Below are positions 36,921 to 49,595 of a DNA stretch of 64,000 nucleotides, in pieces; position 1 is the stretch's first letter; every line of letters starts with the position of its first letter. Where the stretch lies: positions 4,774,001 through 4,838,000 of the forward strand of contig CP089274.1 of the NCBI GenBank assembly GCA_023920165.1, given 5' to 3'. This DNA comes from Curvularia clavata. Taxonomy: Eukaryota. Below the pieces are notes generated by a model, which was not told the DNA's origin, did no database searches, and saw only the letters and a program-made list of their open reading frames with translations. The position numbers were made by a program, and so were the translations under genes.

Positions 36921-39119
36921 ATGTCTCTCTCCGCGCCCGCCAATGCGGCCAACGACAACATCCGTCGCTTCGCCGCGCCCTCGAGGCCCATGAGCCCACC
37001 GGCCGCCCACACCCTCTTCCACCCAAAGACACGATGCTTTGTCTAGTAAGACAGCTCCCCGCACAAACACACACATAATGTCCCGAGCACGCCTCTAACA
37101 CAATGTGAACAGCGGACTGCAGCCCCGCGCCGTCCAGGGCATGCTCGACTTCGACTTCATCTGCAAGCGCAAGCAGCCCTCGGTCGCCGGCATCATCTAC
37201 ACATTCGGCGGCCAGTTCGTCAGCAAAATGTGCGTGCCAAGGCATCCGTCCCACTTTCCCCGACTGCTCGTCTGACAACTTCCAGGTACTGGGGAACCAG
37301 CGAGACTCTGCTGCCCGTATACCAGACCGTCGAAAAGGCCATTGGCAAGCACAGCGATGTTGACACCGTCGTCAACTTTGCCTCGTCGCGTTCCGTCTAC
37401 CAGTCCACCATGGAGCTGATGGAATACCCCCAGATCAAGTGCATTGCCATCATTGCTGAGGGTGTCCCCGAGCGAGTAAGTCGCCATGCCACCCCCCCTC
37501 CGAATTTCGGACGTGGGAAAGACTGACGTTTGCTAGCGTGCTCGTGAGATTCTCCACGTTGCCCAGAAGAAGGGCATCACCATCATTGGCCCCGCCACCG
37601 TCGGTGGTATCAAGCCCGGTGCGTTCAAGATCGGAAACACTGGTGGTATGATGGACAACATTGTTGCCTCCAAGCTCTACCGCCCGGGCTCTGTCTCGTA
37701 CGTCTCCAAGTCTGGAGGTATGTCCAACGAGCTCAACAACATCATTGCCAACACCACCGACGGTGTTCTCGAGGGTGTTGCCATTGGTGGTGACAGGTAC
37801 CCCGGTACCACCTTCATTGACCACATTCTCCGATACCAGTCCGACCCTGACTGCAAGATCATCGTGCTGCTCGGTGAGGTCGGTGGTGTTGAGGAGTACC
37901 GCGTCATTGAGGCCGTCAAGTCCGGCCAGGTCACCAAGCCCATTGTTGCGTGGGCTATTGGTACCGTTGCCGGTATGCTCAAGACCGAAGTCCAGTTCGG
38001 TCACGCTGGTTCTTTCGCCAACTCTCAGCTTGAGACTGCGGCCACCAAGAACAAGTCCATGAGGGAGGCTGGTATCTACGTCCCAGAGACCTTTGAGGAG
38101 ATGCCCAGCACTCTTGCCCAGGTCTACCAGAAGCTCGTCAAGGACGGAACCATTGTTCCCAAGCCCGAGCCCGTTGTACCTAAGATCCCCATTGACTACT
38201 CCTGGGCACAGGAGCTTGGTCTCATCCGAAAGCCTGCTGCTTTCATTTCCACCATTTCCGACGACCGTGGCCAGGAGCTGCTCTACGCTGGTATGCCCAT
38301 CTCCGATGTCTTCAAGGAGGAGATTGGTATCGGTGGTGTCATGTCCCTGCTGTGGTTCCGCCGCCGTCTGCCCAACTACGCTAGCCGTTTCCTCGAGATG
38401 GTGCTCATGTTGACTGCCGACCACGGTCCAGCTGTCTCTGGTGCCATGAACACCATCATTACCACTCGTGCTGGTAAGGACCTCATCAGTGCCTTGGTCT
38501 CTGGTCTTTTGACCATTGGTTCGCGTTTCGGTGGTGCGCTCGACGGTGCTGCTGAGGAGTTCAGCAAAGCCTTCGACAAGGGTCTCAGCCCTCGTGACTT
38601 CGTCGACACTATGAGGAAGGAGAACAAGCTGAGTAAGTGACTTTGAAACGACGTGTACCTTGCAACCGCTAACCGAATTCAGTCCCCGGTATTGGCCACA
38701 GGATCAAGTCCCGCAACAACCCCGATCTTCGTGTCGAGCTCGTCAAGGAGTACGTCAAGAAGAACTTTCCCAGCACCAAGTTGCTCGACTATGCTCTTGC
38801 TGTTGAGTCAGTTACCACATCAAAGAAGGACAACCTGATTCTCAACGTTGACGGCTGCATTGCTGTCTGCTTTGTTGACCTTGTCCGCAACGGCGGTGCT
38901 TTCTCCAACGAGGAGGCCGAGGACTACCTGAAGATGGGTGTGCTCAACGGTCTCTTCGTCCTTGGCCGAAGTATCGGTCTGATTGCTCACTTCCTTGATC
39001 AGAAGAGGCTGCGCACTGGTCTCTACAGGCATCCTTGGGATGACATCACCTACCTCCTGCCCTCCCTGCAGTCTGGTGGCGCGCCAGGTGCCGAGGGCCG
39101 TGTTGAGGTTAGCTTGTAG
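36921..39119 (+). CDS. ACL1: ATP-citrate lyase, SCS-alpha/citryl-CoA lyase subunit; exons 36921-37045, 37113-37229, 37286-37475, 37537-38632, 38683-39119
   Basis: [44 protein letters not shown] (phospho-His), [29 protein letters not shown]. Confidence 0.97.
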
Positions 39120-40349
39120 AGAGGGAGTTCTGGAAAAGACGGGGACATGTCCGGTTCTGGTCGCTTGATGATGAACCCAAATAGGCGTTTTGAGCGTGGT
39201 GGACGAAGGCCTTCGACTGTAACGTAAGGCCGTTGTAGCAATACCCGCCTGCTGTTGGCGGAGATACATTATTTTTAATATCAACGAACAAGCAACGAAG
39301 ATTCCATGTGCACAATGAAGCCAATGAAGCAGACCCACTCGGCGGCAACTTCTGACTAGCTTCGTGGGAGGCCTAATGTAATGCTCCACCCTTGCAGAGC
39401 CTTTCCCACACGTGGCTTGCTCCAAGCAGAATCAGTCTTGCAGTGGTCTGCTTTTCTATTTTCGCCCCACTGCAGCACATCAATGAAGCTTAGCTGTGAC
39501 TACACGGCACGTATACATGGCCTAGAAGTTGTTAAGCACGCGGTTAAATATTCTGAGCATGGGTTGATGACGCTCTATGTTGTGGCAGCTTCCTGATTGT
39601 GCATAAAACGTTATCTGATTATCGTGTTTTTCAAAGTGTGCCTGAACTCATGCCGTCTTCCCGCTGACCGGTATGCTGGTGGTGTTAAGAAGCGTTTACA
39701 GATTTCGGGTGCTAACCCTATACGGTGAGGCCGCCATGGCCTTAATTCTGAACCCGTCAATCACGACATCGGACGAGCACCCACTATGCATTGCCCTGCT
39801 CGGTTCCAACCACCGCGTCTGAAAAGCGATTCAGATCGTTTAGTTGTGTCAGGCGTCTGACTTCTCATGATGAAAGAATCAATCGGCTGGTTTGTGAATG
39901 CTGCGTCAATACGACGATATTCTGTTATATTCACTCATGGATCTGCAGAGTTGAGCTACACACACAGGCAGACGTATGTGCACTCCTGATACGACGGTGC
40001 CATCATTCCAGTCTAGGCCACCACGCCGCACCGTGCCTCGGTCAGTTATGTAGCGCCTAAGGAGGTGGAAATTTATACCGCGCTACTTAGACTACAAGCC
40101 GCTAGCCGCCCTCCTTACTGGGCGCCGTACACATGTAGCTTCCTCGCTTTGGTGAGTAGGCTGGTAAATTGCCGCTTTTCCAGGAACGCGGTCCAGGCAG
40201 CTAGCTTGCATGCCCTGCCGTTGTCAGAATAAATAAAGATGTAATCCCAGACTTATAGCACGCCAAACCTTGTCGCTGGTGTTCCTGTCACAAGCAAACA
40301 ACACGCTTGGACCTGGCGTTGAGTTATACCAACAAAATAGATCCTTGCA

Positions 40350-42053
40350 ATGTTGATGCGCGTTCCAACTGTAGTCGTGGCTTCGGCCTGGCTTGCGGCG
40401 GCCCAGAGTCCTTCGAACAGCAGTTCTCAGCATACACTTGCCGCTTTCGCCTTCGTCCGAACTGGAGAGCGGACGCCTATTCTTCGAAATGATACCCAAG
40501 TCCTTACAGCACTAGGCGCCCAACAGATGTATGCGCTTGGAGAGAATTTCAGAACACGGTACATTGCTGGCGACTCACCCCAGAGCCTTGGTGTCGAGCG
40601 TGTTGCAGGATTGTCAGTTGACATCATAGACAATAACCAGATCTGGGTTCAGACCTTAGATAAACCATATCTCGTCTCATCTGCGCAAGCCTTTATGCAG
40701 GGTCTATATCCTCCACACATCTCCAATGGAACAGGAAAAGCCGCTCGCTCCCTCGCCGACGGTTCCCATGTCGACTATCCGCTCAATGGATATCAGTACG
40801 CTAGCATTCAGGCCGCCAGTGAAGACGACCCGAATTCAAGATACATTTCAGGAGCGCAAAACTGCCCAATGGCGCAAGTGGCTGCGCTGAATTACTTCAC
40901 CACGGAGGAATTCAAGGAGACGGAAACCGCAAATGCCGATTTGTTCAAGAAATTGAACTTGGACTGGTTGGAAGGAACTCTTCCTGAGGCATACTTGTGA
41001 GTTCGGATATACTCAAAACTTACATTGGATGAAAACAAAACTGACAGGATCAATAGCAATGCTCGTTCTGCCCTTGAAATCGCCGATTACATGTCCTACC
41101 AATACACGCACAACTCTAGCATCTATGAGGCCCTATCGGCGAACGACTCTGACTACACTGGCGTCTATAATCAGCTCGGATATCTTGCAAACGAAGTTGC
41201 ATGGCACCTTTATGCCAACGCATCAGACGACTCAAAAGCTTCCAACAACCAGGTCATTGGCGGTAAGACGCTTGCAGCCTCCATACTGGACTCATTCAGA
41301 CTCCAAGCCGCTGGTAGAAGCAGCTCCGAAGATGGAAAGAACCTGTCTCATCCACTTACTTTCTACTTTGGCGAAGAAGATGCTATGATGGGCCTCGCCT
41401 CGTTGCTGAAACTGGACTCCAGCTCCCTTGAGTTCAAGTCCATTCCTTCCTATGGCTCCACCATGCTCTTCGAGCTCTTCAGCACCAGCGATACCGCCAC
41501 AAACGCCGACGATCTCTGGGTCCGCTTCTCATTCCACAACGCAACCGCCGACCAACTCACCACCTACCCTCTATCCCACACCGACCTCTCCAAGCTAGAA
41601 ATTCCATGGACGCAGTTTGAGACTCTCTTCAGCACCATCGCTATGGAGACCATGGCAGACTGGTGTACCACCTGCAACAGCGCCAGCCTCTTCTGCCACA
41701 GCACCACCTCCGGAGACGGAAAACCCTCCCCGAGCACGCCTTCTTCCCCATCACACTCCCGCCTCTCCCCTGTGATCGGCGGTATAATCGGCGCTTTCGT
41801 CACGCTCCTCGTCGCCGCTTTGTGTTTTGCGCTCGCTATACTATTTGGTGGCATGCGATTCCACCGTGTCCAGCGTCCAAACAATAGTCTGCGATCTAGC
41901 CTTGGTAGTGGTGGCTTCAAAGGCGCTGCTAAACTCGGTTCGGATACTGATCTGGGTGATGGGAAACGCGGGCATGAGAGGGCAGCGAGTTGGGAGCTTG
42001 GAAACAAAGAATTTGGGAGAGAGATTGGAGGAAGGAAGTCTGAGGAAGTCTGA
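40350..42053 (+). CDS. Secretory-pathway type I membrane protein of the histidine acid phosphatase fold; intron 40997-41056
   Basis: Signal peptide, RTGERTP (RHGxRxP-like), LTALGAQQMYALG.FRTRY, SSAQAFMQGLYPP, PSYGSTMLFELF, WCTTCNS.SLFC, C-terminal TM helix. Confidence 0.85.
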
Positions 42054-42084
42054 GGAAGTCTGAGGAAGTCTGAAGAAGTCTGAG
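42035..42084. repeat. 10-bp minisatellite (GAAGTCTGAG)x5 overlapping the phosphatase stop codon
   Basis: gaagtctgag gaagtctgag gaagtctgag gaagtctgaa gaagtctgag. Confidence 0.92.
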
Positions 42085-42996
42085 GACTGGGGGACAGGAA
42101 GGAGGCGTGCTCTCTAACGACTGGTGAAACTAGAAAGTAGCAGTATTTTTATAGTTATTTGTTGTTTGCATTTACGACCTTATGATTAAAAGTAGCGATA
42201 GTTGTCACATTTATGTATTGTTTTCCATATTGATAGCTCGTCTTTGCAAGTAAGTGATGCGGACTTAATTTTCCGGTTTTACCAGTTCTGAGAGAGCCAG
42301 TCTGCCACTACTTGGTTGACGAAACTCTTGGCCAGGGTGTCTCTTGAAACTTACAGTTGAGAGTTGGCACGAGCTGTTTATTTATTGCAATTGAACCGGA
42401 AAGAGAATGTATATGTAGTCCCTCCTTCACTTAGGTGCTTCTTGCATGCCACAGCCGTTGTACCTACCTCGCCTACCATGCCCCGTTGTTATGGGCTGCC
42501 GGCCTTTGTCTACTCGTTTGGGTATAGAGCTCTGGCTCAGATCCTGTACACAGCCTCCTCCCAATATGCCTCTTTCAACCAAGCTCTTGTACCGCTAATT
42601 TGTCCGTTTTTGCTTGCTTTGGTCACTGCGGCTACTACAATCATGATCCAACTCTTGTCATTCACCTTCTTTCTTTTCCATAATTTTCGATTTTATTCTT
42701 CACCATTGATCCCTACATTTAAGAATGCCTACAACACACGATGACAATACAGCCCTACCGCCATAGAATGCAGACTTGCCAACATATAATAATGCAATAA
42801 TCTATGCGACATGGGGCTTTGCACACCCTGGCCAAAGTCTCTCAATCCGATTCAGCTTCATCCGATGACCATCAAAGAATCCCCAAACCACCAGGTCTGG
42901 GCTCAATCCACTTATATTTTCTCCATTGTAAGGTGTTCAGTGTTTGTGTCCCAGGCCCTACCAGATTGACGCCATTACTAATGCCCCTCTTTCCAG

Positions 42997-43210
42997 GCCT
43001 GACTTGCTCAACGACTTGCTTTATATCATACCTGGTGCTATTGATGGCCAGCTACACGGCGGACTCAAGGTGCTCGAGAAGCTGGTCGAGGACTCTTTGA
43101 CCGATGATACATTCTTCCCTGTGATGCCGCAGGTGACGAAGATTCTGTTCAATGTGGCAGGTAACTAACGACTAGAGGAAGCTGAAATCGAGGGCGTTGG
43201 CCTGCAAGAT
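42997..43210 (+). pseudogene. Degenerate fragment resembling importin-9/Kap114 N-terminal HEAT repeats
   Basis: After a branch/acceptor (actaat..ttccag): PDLLNDLLYIIPGAIDGQLHGGLKVLEKLVEDSLTDDTFF..ILFNVAGN, then a 4-bp duplication (taactaac) and D*RKLKSRALACK. Similarity is recalled from memory, not searched. Confidence 0.45.
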
Positions 43211-44736
43211 GAGACTGAGGGCATGCGAGGGCTGTTGAGAATTTTTGAAGATACCTACGCTTATCGTGAGGAGGAGTCAGGTAATATTTCGGGGATGGCT
43301 AGATTTCGTGAAGCATGGTTACATTTTTCTTCAACTAGCAGTCTTGTTTGGTCTAACTACAAGTAGGAGGGTAACATATGAAGAAAGACGGTACATGTTA
43401 CATGATGAAGGATATACCCGGAGAGGAGGAGTACCTTCCTCTGTTCGATAGCCTTACTCATCACGATAAGAATACAAGGTTTTGATTCACCAGAGTTTCA
43501 TGCAGATCCGTGACAGTAAACAGCTACGCTGGAGAGAAGATCCAGTACAGTAAAGCTGCTTGATACTCTCTTGGGGAAAGTCATGATTAGAGAGAGAATG
43601 AGGGGGAGAGGAAAGGGAGAGAATTCCTGGACACGGCTGACCAGGGCATGAAAGAAGAAGGCCATAGACCACGAAAATGGGTTAAACGACACATAGGATA
43701 AGGGCGACATCGGCACCTCCACAACGATTATGTCTCTACAGTATTCTCTCCCACAACTAGTAAAATCGGAACATGGCAGTCTACGACAACCACCACTTTT
43801 TAAAATGCACTTTAGTTGTCATAATTGCTTTCTCCTATATTGACACTGTAGGTGGGCTAGTTTTGTTCTACAGGTTATGGGAGAGATTGGCAAATAGGTA
43901 GAGTCAGAGGTGGAGTAGGGTTACAGTAGGGTTCAAAGTCGCAAAGTATCAGAGAAGCAAAGCAGAGAGGATTTACATGTGTGGCCGTTTACCGTTGTCT
44001 TCACTCTTATCTTTACCTTCATCTTGCGAAAGGCAAAAGTGAAGCTGAAGGTAAAGCGCTCATGTCGCCGATCCTGCGTACTTGGTCATTGAATACTGGG
44101 CCGTCCTTGACAAGGGCAGGATCGAAAAGATCAAGCCCCGGAAATCCAAGAGAATACGCCGGTAGCAAACATGCTACTCTAAACGGACAACGTTCCATAG
44201 AGAAGGAATATTTACGCACTCGTCAAATAGACATTGCTGCTGCCCTAAATATATTAGGATAACCAGTTCCCAATGGGAACTGACATAATTGTAGCCTGTG
44301 CGGCCCTGAGATAAAGGTAAAAGTAACAGGGAAGCAAGGAATGTTTATAAAAACTAGCATTTTTTTTCTGTCTCTCCATCTCGATCCGGGCACATCAATA
44401 ACTTCGTTACTCTGGTCTCGATCAGGGGCCACATGAACTCAAAACCATATACATCCCCGCTGAGAGAAAGCGCTATTCCCGATGGACAAAAAAACGCCGA
44501 TAAAAAGGGGAGTGATGCATAAAAGCCATACACATACAGGACATGGATAAAGGAAAGAAAGAACAGGAAAGCGGAAAAGGACTTTGAGAAAAGGGCGAAA
44601 GCTCCGCGCCAAAGCACGAGTGATCCCAGTCCTAAAGTCCCGTATGTTTGGGAAAGAAAAAAAAACGCCTCCGTCCGACTCATTATTATCCACATTGAAA
44701 GGAAAAGGGCCAGACGACCATCTTCGCTCCGATTTT

Positions 44737-45546
44737 TCATGTCAACAGCTGACCCGCAATACCCAGCGCCACACCAGCCGTCATAAGGTAATCGCGACAG
44801 GGCATCATATATGCCGCATTCCTATTTCCGTCAAACGCCTGGCACGCCTCGACCGTCAACTGGGAGCAGCCCAGGCTACTCAGACTGGAACAGATGCTCT
44901 GAGCCGAGGAGAGACCGACACTGGGGATAGCGGTGATGGTGGCGCCGCCATTGGGAGCCGAAATAGTTACGCCAGGTGCGCCATTGGCAAGAGCGCTTGT
45001 GCAGCTTGCAGCATTGCTTTGACAGCTTGTATAAGCGGAAGAGCAGGCAGCTGCGTTTTGGTAAGTCGTCGGTATGTAAGGAAAAGGGTAGAATTGGTTC
45101 TGTACCGTGCTGCCGTGGTTTGCGGCGTTGGTTTGTTGCACAAAGGGTCCGCCCGTAGTAGTGCTAGCGGTTATAAAGGGTGGAAGGGTTGAAGTGGCCG
45201 AGGGGTTGCTGCCGGTGGGCACGGCGGCGCCTAGGGCTCCTGTGCAGACGACGCCTTGGGGACAGCAGGCGACATGGCCGGCCTGGTCGGCGGAGCAGAC
45301 GGCCGTTCGTGGGCAGCAGAGACCCGGAGCCCCCAGGCCGGCGCAATTGTAGTAGTTGGTTGCGCATGCACCATTCTGTTGTCGTTTGAGGAGCTCGGGG
45401 CTGAGGTCTACGGCGGGTGTTTGCATAGGCTCATATACGTTGTCCTGGAGTTGCTGCTCGACGGCGGGCTCGAAGTCGGCAAAGACATCGGGCGCAGCGA
45501 GCGCGGCGAGGGGCGCCAGCAGTAGCGGAGCAAAGGCAGTGCGCAT
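44737..45546 (-). CDS. Secreted, probably GPI-anchored Cys-rich protein
   Basis: MRTAFAPLLLAPLAALA signal peptide, LLKR Kex2 site, C..YYNC....GLCCP...C.....GHVACCP.G..CTG domain, second Cys domain, hydrophobic C-terminus. Confidence 0.82.
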   Translation of the reverse strand: MRTAFAPLLLAPLAALAAPDVFADFEPAVEQQLQDNVYEPMQTPAVDLSPELLKRQQNGACATNYYNCAGLGAPGLCCPRTAVCSADQAGHVACCPQGVVCTGALGAAVPTGSNPSATSTLPPFITASTTTGGPFVQQTNAANHGSTVQNQFYPFPYIPTTYQNAAACSSAYTSCQSNAASCTSALANGAPGVTISAPNGGATITAIPSVGLSSAQSICSSLSSLGCSQLTVEACQAFDGNRNAAYMMPCRDYLMTAGVALGIAGQLLT

Positions 45547-47895
45547 TGTCGGGAGGTGAGAGATTAGACGGCTTCGAGGTGGTGGGGAGAAGAGGTGCGG
45601 CTTGCGCCCAGAGACGGCTGCGGTTCTAGTACGAGGCCGATGGGGCGGCGATGTATCGATACGGGGGATGGCTGGGGAAAGCGGAGAAGCTAGCTGTGGC
45701 AGGGCAGCCGGAGCAGAGAGACAACGAGTGCGCTTAGCTGGCAGGCAATTGACGCAGCAAGTGAAGGTAACACGGACGCTGCAGATGGTATGTAGGGTTT
45801 GGCCAAGGTCGTTGTGTAGAGGAGCGCGGCCGGTGCGGCTGTGGTGTCCTTGCCCAGGCCAGATTCGTTGGCACGGTGACGTAAAGCCTGATTGGCTCAC
45901 CGCCGCATCGATGCCCAGTTTGCATCTAGTCCCATGTACGATGCGTGCATTTCAACGTCCAACGCCCTGATGATCGTTTCCTTGGTTGCCCTCGCCATTG
46001 CACGTGGGATTGCGACAAAATTGTTCTAGGCGGCGTCTTCCATGACTAGCTGCGCCTGTATTGAGTAGGCCGGCGACATGTACATGGCGGAGTGCTTCGG
46101 CAGACGGAAACATGGCGGCAGTAGGCTGTTGCTTCAGATGCGAAACAGTTTGCACCACCAGTTGCTAGCTATTTATTACTGCCTCAGCCACTACCTGTGC
46201 GCTTATGTACATACTACCACAAGACTGCCGCAGTCAAAGCGTCGCCTAAGGAAACCCGCCAGGGTCTTTTCCAAACGTACCGGGCAACAGCTTGTCAACC
46301 AAGCGGGCGGAGAGTTTGCGTTGAAGATGATGTAATGCTGCGTAATTGTGTATGTATGTACGCCAAGAGGACTAGACATGCATGGTGAGCAGTTCTGCGA
46401 ATTGAGCAGGTTTGCGCGTGATAGCGTGCTGGGGTTAATCTCTTAGGTAGATATAGTCTAGAGTACGCCGTTGACCTTCTTTATCTGCAATTCGCACTCT
46501 GCTACTCAACTCACAACCCCCACACACTCCCTGGAACCATTACGAAGACAGCCACTTCGCCAAGATCAAGTTATCCAAGATTCGCCGCTTTCTGATCCAA
46601 GTATCGGGCAGGATCATGCTGTGCTCATTGCACACTGAGGACCGCGGAGCCGTGAGCGTAGTCCTCTGAAAGAGTATGGGATTAAAAAAAAGTTCATTCA
46701 TCATGACGATGATAGCGCCGCCAATAGGCGTTGCAGAAATATCGTGTGGTTGAAACTTGACATGGCAATGCCAGACAATAGCCTTTGGACGATCACACAG
46801 AAATACAAGCGTCAAACTATGGCGGAGCTCTGACTGGCAAAAGCAAATAATCGATCGTCTGCAATGAGACCGGAATGAAAGATGCCTCAGAGATGTAGCA
46901 GCAGAGGCAGACGCCAAATTCACGCTGCTACCATCATGGCAAGATTGACGAGTATGGCCGAAGACAATTACGCGGCGCCCTCGTAAGTTTGCACTTGGAC
47001 AGCCCTCGTCCAGCACCCTCGGCGCGAACAGTCGTTCCTCACGTCAGACGCAAAGACCTTGGGTATTGAGAATGCGAATAAGAGCCGAGACTGCATGGAA
47101 ATAAAGTTCACCCGAGCACATGTCGACTTGTGGTCTCCACAACGATAGGAATTTCATGAACACGCTACAGCTGGGCAATCAACAAATGCCAGCCACGATG
47201 TTTGGCGCCCTAGCCACTCGGCATTTTTGTTGCCGGCGCCACAACGGTGTGTCCGTAGCAAAGTAATATACGGTTGTTCTTATCAAGATGTGGCTCATCG
47301 AGGGGTCTGACTTCGGTGGAGCTCCGCATGGTCGCTGCAATTCTCGAATATCCGGCAGGTGGACTCTCCTTTGACGCTAGGGTGTGAGGTAAAGCACAAC
47401 AAATCACCCCCGGATATTAGCCTGCGTCATTTGCCGGCCTTAACTCTGTCCTCTCGCTTCGTCTCATATGCATTGTTGCCGGCAACAAATGGTCCTTAGC
47501 AGCGCCTCAGGACAGCATGGTGCCAAAAAAAGAGAAGGAGAAGGGGGCGCATGTGCAACACTAGCCTGAGGAACGCCTGTTTGGTGTGGATAGAGGCGCG
47601 TTCGAAACGGCGAGGGCGTCGCGCGTAGAAGGTTGCGTCTAGTAATGGCAGTGTCCGGGGATAAATTTGGACGATTGCAAGGCTGATGCATGGCGTTAGG
47701 GCGGTAGTGTAGCAGAGCTTGGGACCTGCGGGCCGGGAGCCATGTGCGACGGGCGGCGGGCGCAAGACGATCAGCACCAAACACGTTTGCCCAGAAGCAA
47801 CGCAGACACGGCAATGCGACAAAAAAGAGTAGAACAAGCCAGAGTGGTGGGTGGGAGGTTGACACGCAGGCAGTGGCAGGGCATCCACGGACAGC

Positions 47896-47915
47896 TGGCT
47901 GGCTGGCTGGCTGGC
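47896..47915. repeat. (TGGC)n / (GGCT)n microsatellite
   Basis: ctggctggctggctggctggct. Confidence 0.8.
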
Positions 47916-48289
47916 TCGCTGCAAGCTGGGTGGTGGTGGCAGGGCTGGGAGGAGACCGATGAAGGTTAGGCCTGGCGTCAGGAACGAAGGCCGCCCCCAC
48001 AATGATTGGCCAGCAAAGCGCCCATGCGCCTGCATGTTTCGAAACTATCAGCGGGCAGGCATAAGCTCCACGACAAACCGCATGCCATCGCCAATGGCAC
48101 CGCGCTGCTGTTTGGAAACTATGCGCTCGGAGCATCCAATCCACGCCAGCAAGCTTTGCCAGGCACGCACAGCAGGTGGCGCGGCACGCAAGAAGCGGCG
48201 TGCATGTGGCAGGGCACTCCCTCTTTTGGCACGTCGTCTTGACCCAACCTCTGGCCCTGCCGTGCCTCTTCTGCGGTTGCCCTGAACCC

Positions 48290-48647
48290 TATATAGCGAT
48301 TGTGCCCCTCGTCCGTCTGGCCCTTCTTCACTCTGCTCCTGTACAGCTTCTCTTCTCCTGTCTTGTCTTCTGTCCGTGTCACACAATCACCTTGTAATAC
48401 CAGGTAAGTCGGACCTCCTCTCCCCTTTGCTCCTTCCCCCAGCCCGGCTATGACGTCCCATCCGCGCTTCCTTTCCTTCTTTTGTCTTGTCCTCACAAGG
48501 GTCGCACTTTCCTAATTTCCTGCCCGCGATTCCTCTGTGCCACTTCATATACACACGCACTTGGCGCTTGCTCCACTTCATTTCCTTTACATACACCCGC
48601 CTACAAATGGCTCCTCGCCCTCTTCCACTTGCAACCCTCTAACCTGC
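48290..48647 (+). promoter_or_regulatory. TATA-like box (about 48290) and probable 5'-UTR intron (from 48403) of the SOD gene
   Basis: ctatatag at 48289, CAG|GTAAGT at 48403, CTAAC + CTGCAG near 48639-48649. Confidence 0.5.
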
Positions 48648-48709
48648 AGCACAGTCAGCCGCGTCCGCTCGCTACCAGCACTCAAACAACACACATACAC
48701 ATCCAAAAA

Positions 48710-49595
48710 ATGCTTGTCTCTGTTATCTCTCTTTTGGCTGCGGCCACTGCCGTCAGCGCCCAGTCGAGCAACGCACCCGTCGTGGCCAACAACCCCATCG
48801 GTGCCAAGTACGTTGCTACGCTGCCTCAGAAGGCGGGAAGCCCTCTTGCGGGCTCCATTGAGGGTGCCACGGCTGCCGACGGCAAGGGCGTCAAGTTCAC
48901 CGTCCACTTCTCCGGTCTTCCTGCCACTGGCGGCCCCTTCATGTACCACATCCACGCCAAGCCAGTTCCCGCCGACGGCAACTGCACTGCGACTGGTGCT
49001 CACTTGGACCCCTACCACTACGGCGAGGACAAGGCCTGTGATGCCTCCAAGCCCGAGATCTGCCAGACTGGTGACCTGAGCGGCAAGTACGGAAAGTTTG
49101 CTACCCAGGAGTACTCAACCGAGTACACTGACCTGTACTCTGCTACTCTGCCTTCGGACCCTGCTTTCGTGAGTCATCTCCGATTACTTCAACACTGAAC
49201 ACGGCATTCTAACCGTTGACTAGTTTGGCAACCTCTCCTTTGTGCTCCACCTGGCCAACAAGACACGTATTGGATGTGCCAACTTCCACCTCGTCTCCGG
49301 CGGTGAGACCAATTCGGTTCCTACAAAGTCGGAAGACTGCAGCACCTCTACATCGGCCTCGTACGGCTTCTCTCTGCCTTCGACCCTGGCCTCTTCTGGC
49401 TACACCATCCCTACACCCAGTGCTCCTGGCTACAACGCCACTGTTCCCTCGCCTACCGCCGGCAAGCCCACCGCTCCCAGCTCGGCCGCCCCTACCTCGT
49501 CAGGCCCAGCTGAGTTCCCTGGCGCTGCCTCCAAGGTTGCCGGTGGTGCGGGTGCTCTCTTCGCCGCTGCGGCCGCCGCCGTGTTCGCTCTGTAA
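48710..49595 (+). CDS. Extracellular GPI-anchored Cu-only SOD (Sod4/5/6-like); intron 49169-49223
   Basis: Signal peptide, GGPFMYHIH, GNCTATGAHLDPY, CQTGDLSGKYG, LSFVLHLANKTRIGCANF, S/T/P-rich stalk, GPI-type tail. Confidence 0.9.

Noticed and set aside
37450..38424. 324-aa minus ORF (also 33720-34544 plus)
   Set aside because: Antisense to strongly codon-biased ACL genes; no independent motifs.
39711..39720. CTAACCCTA as a telomerase RNA template (also TAGGGTTA at about 43916)
   Set aside because: Short matches expected by chance; no supporting pseudoknot or other telomerase RNA elements identified.
46500..47450. Short ORFs in the gap upstream of the SOD gene
   Set aside because: No recognisable domain or consistent exon structure.
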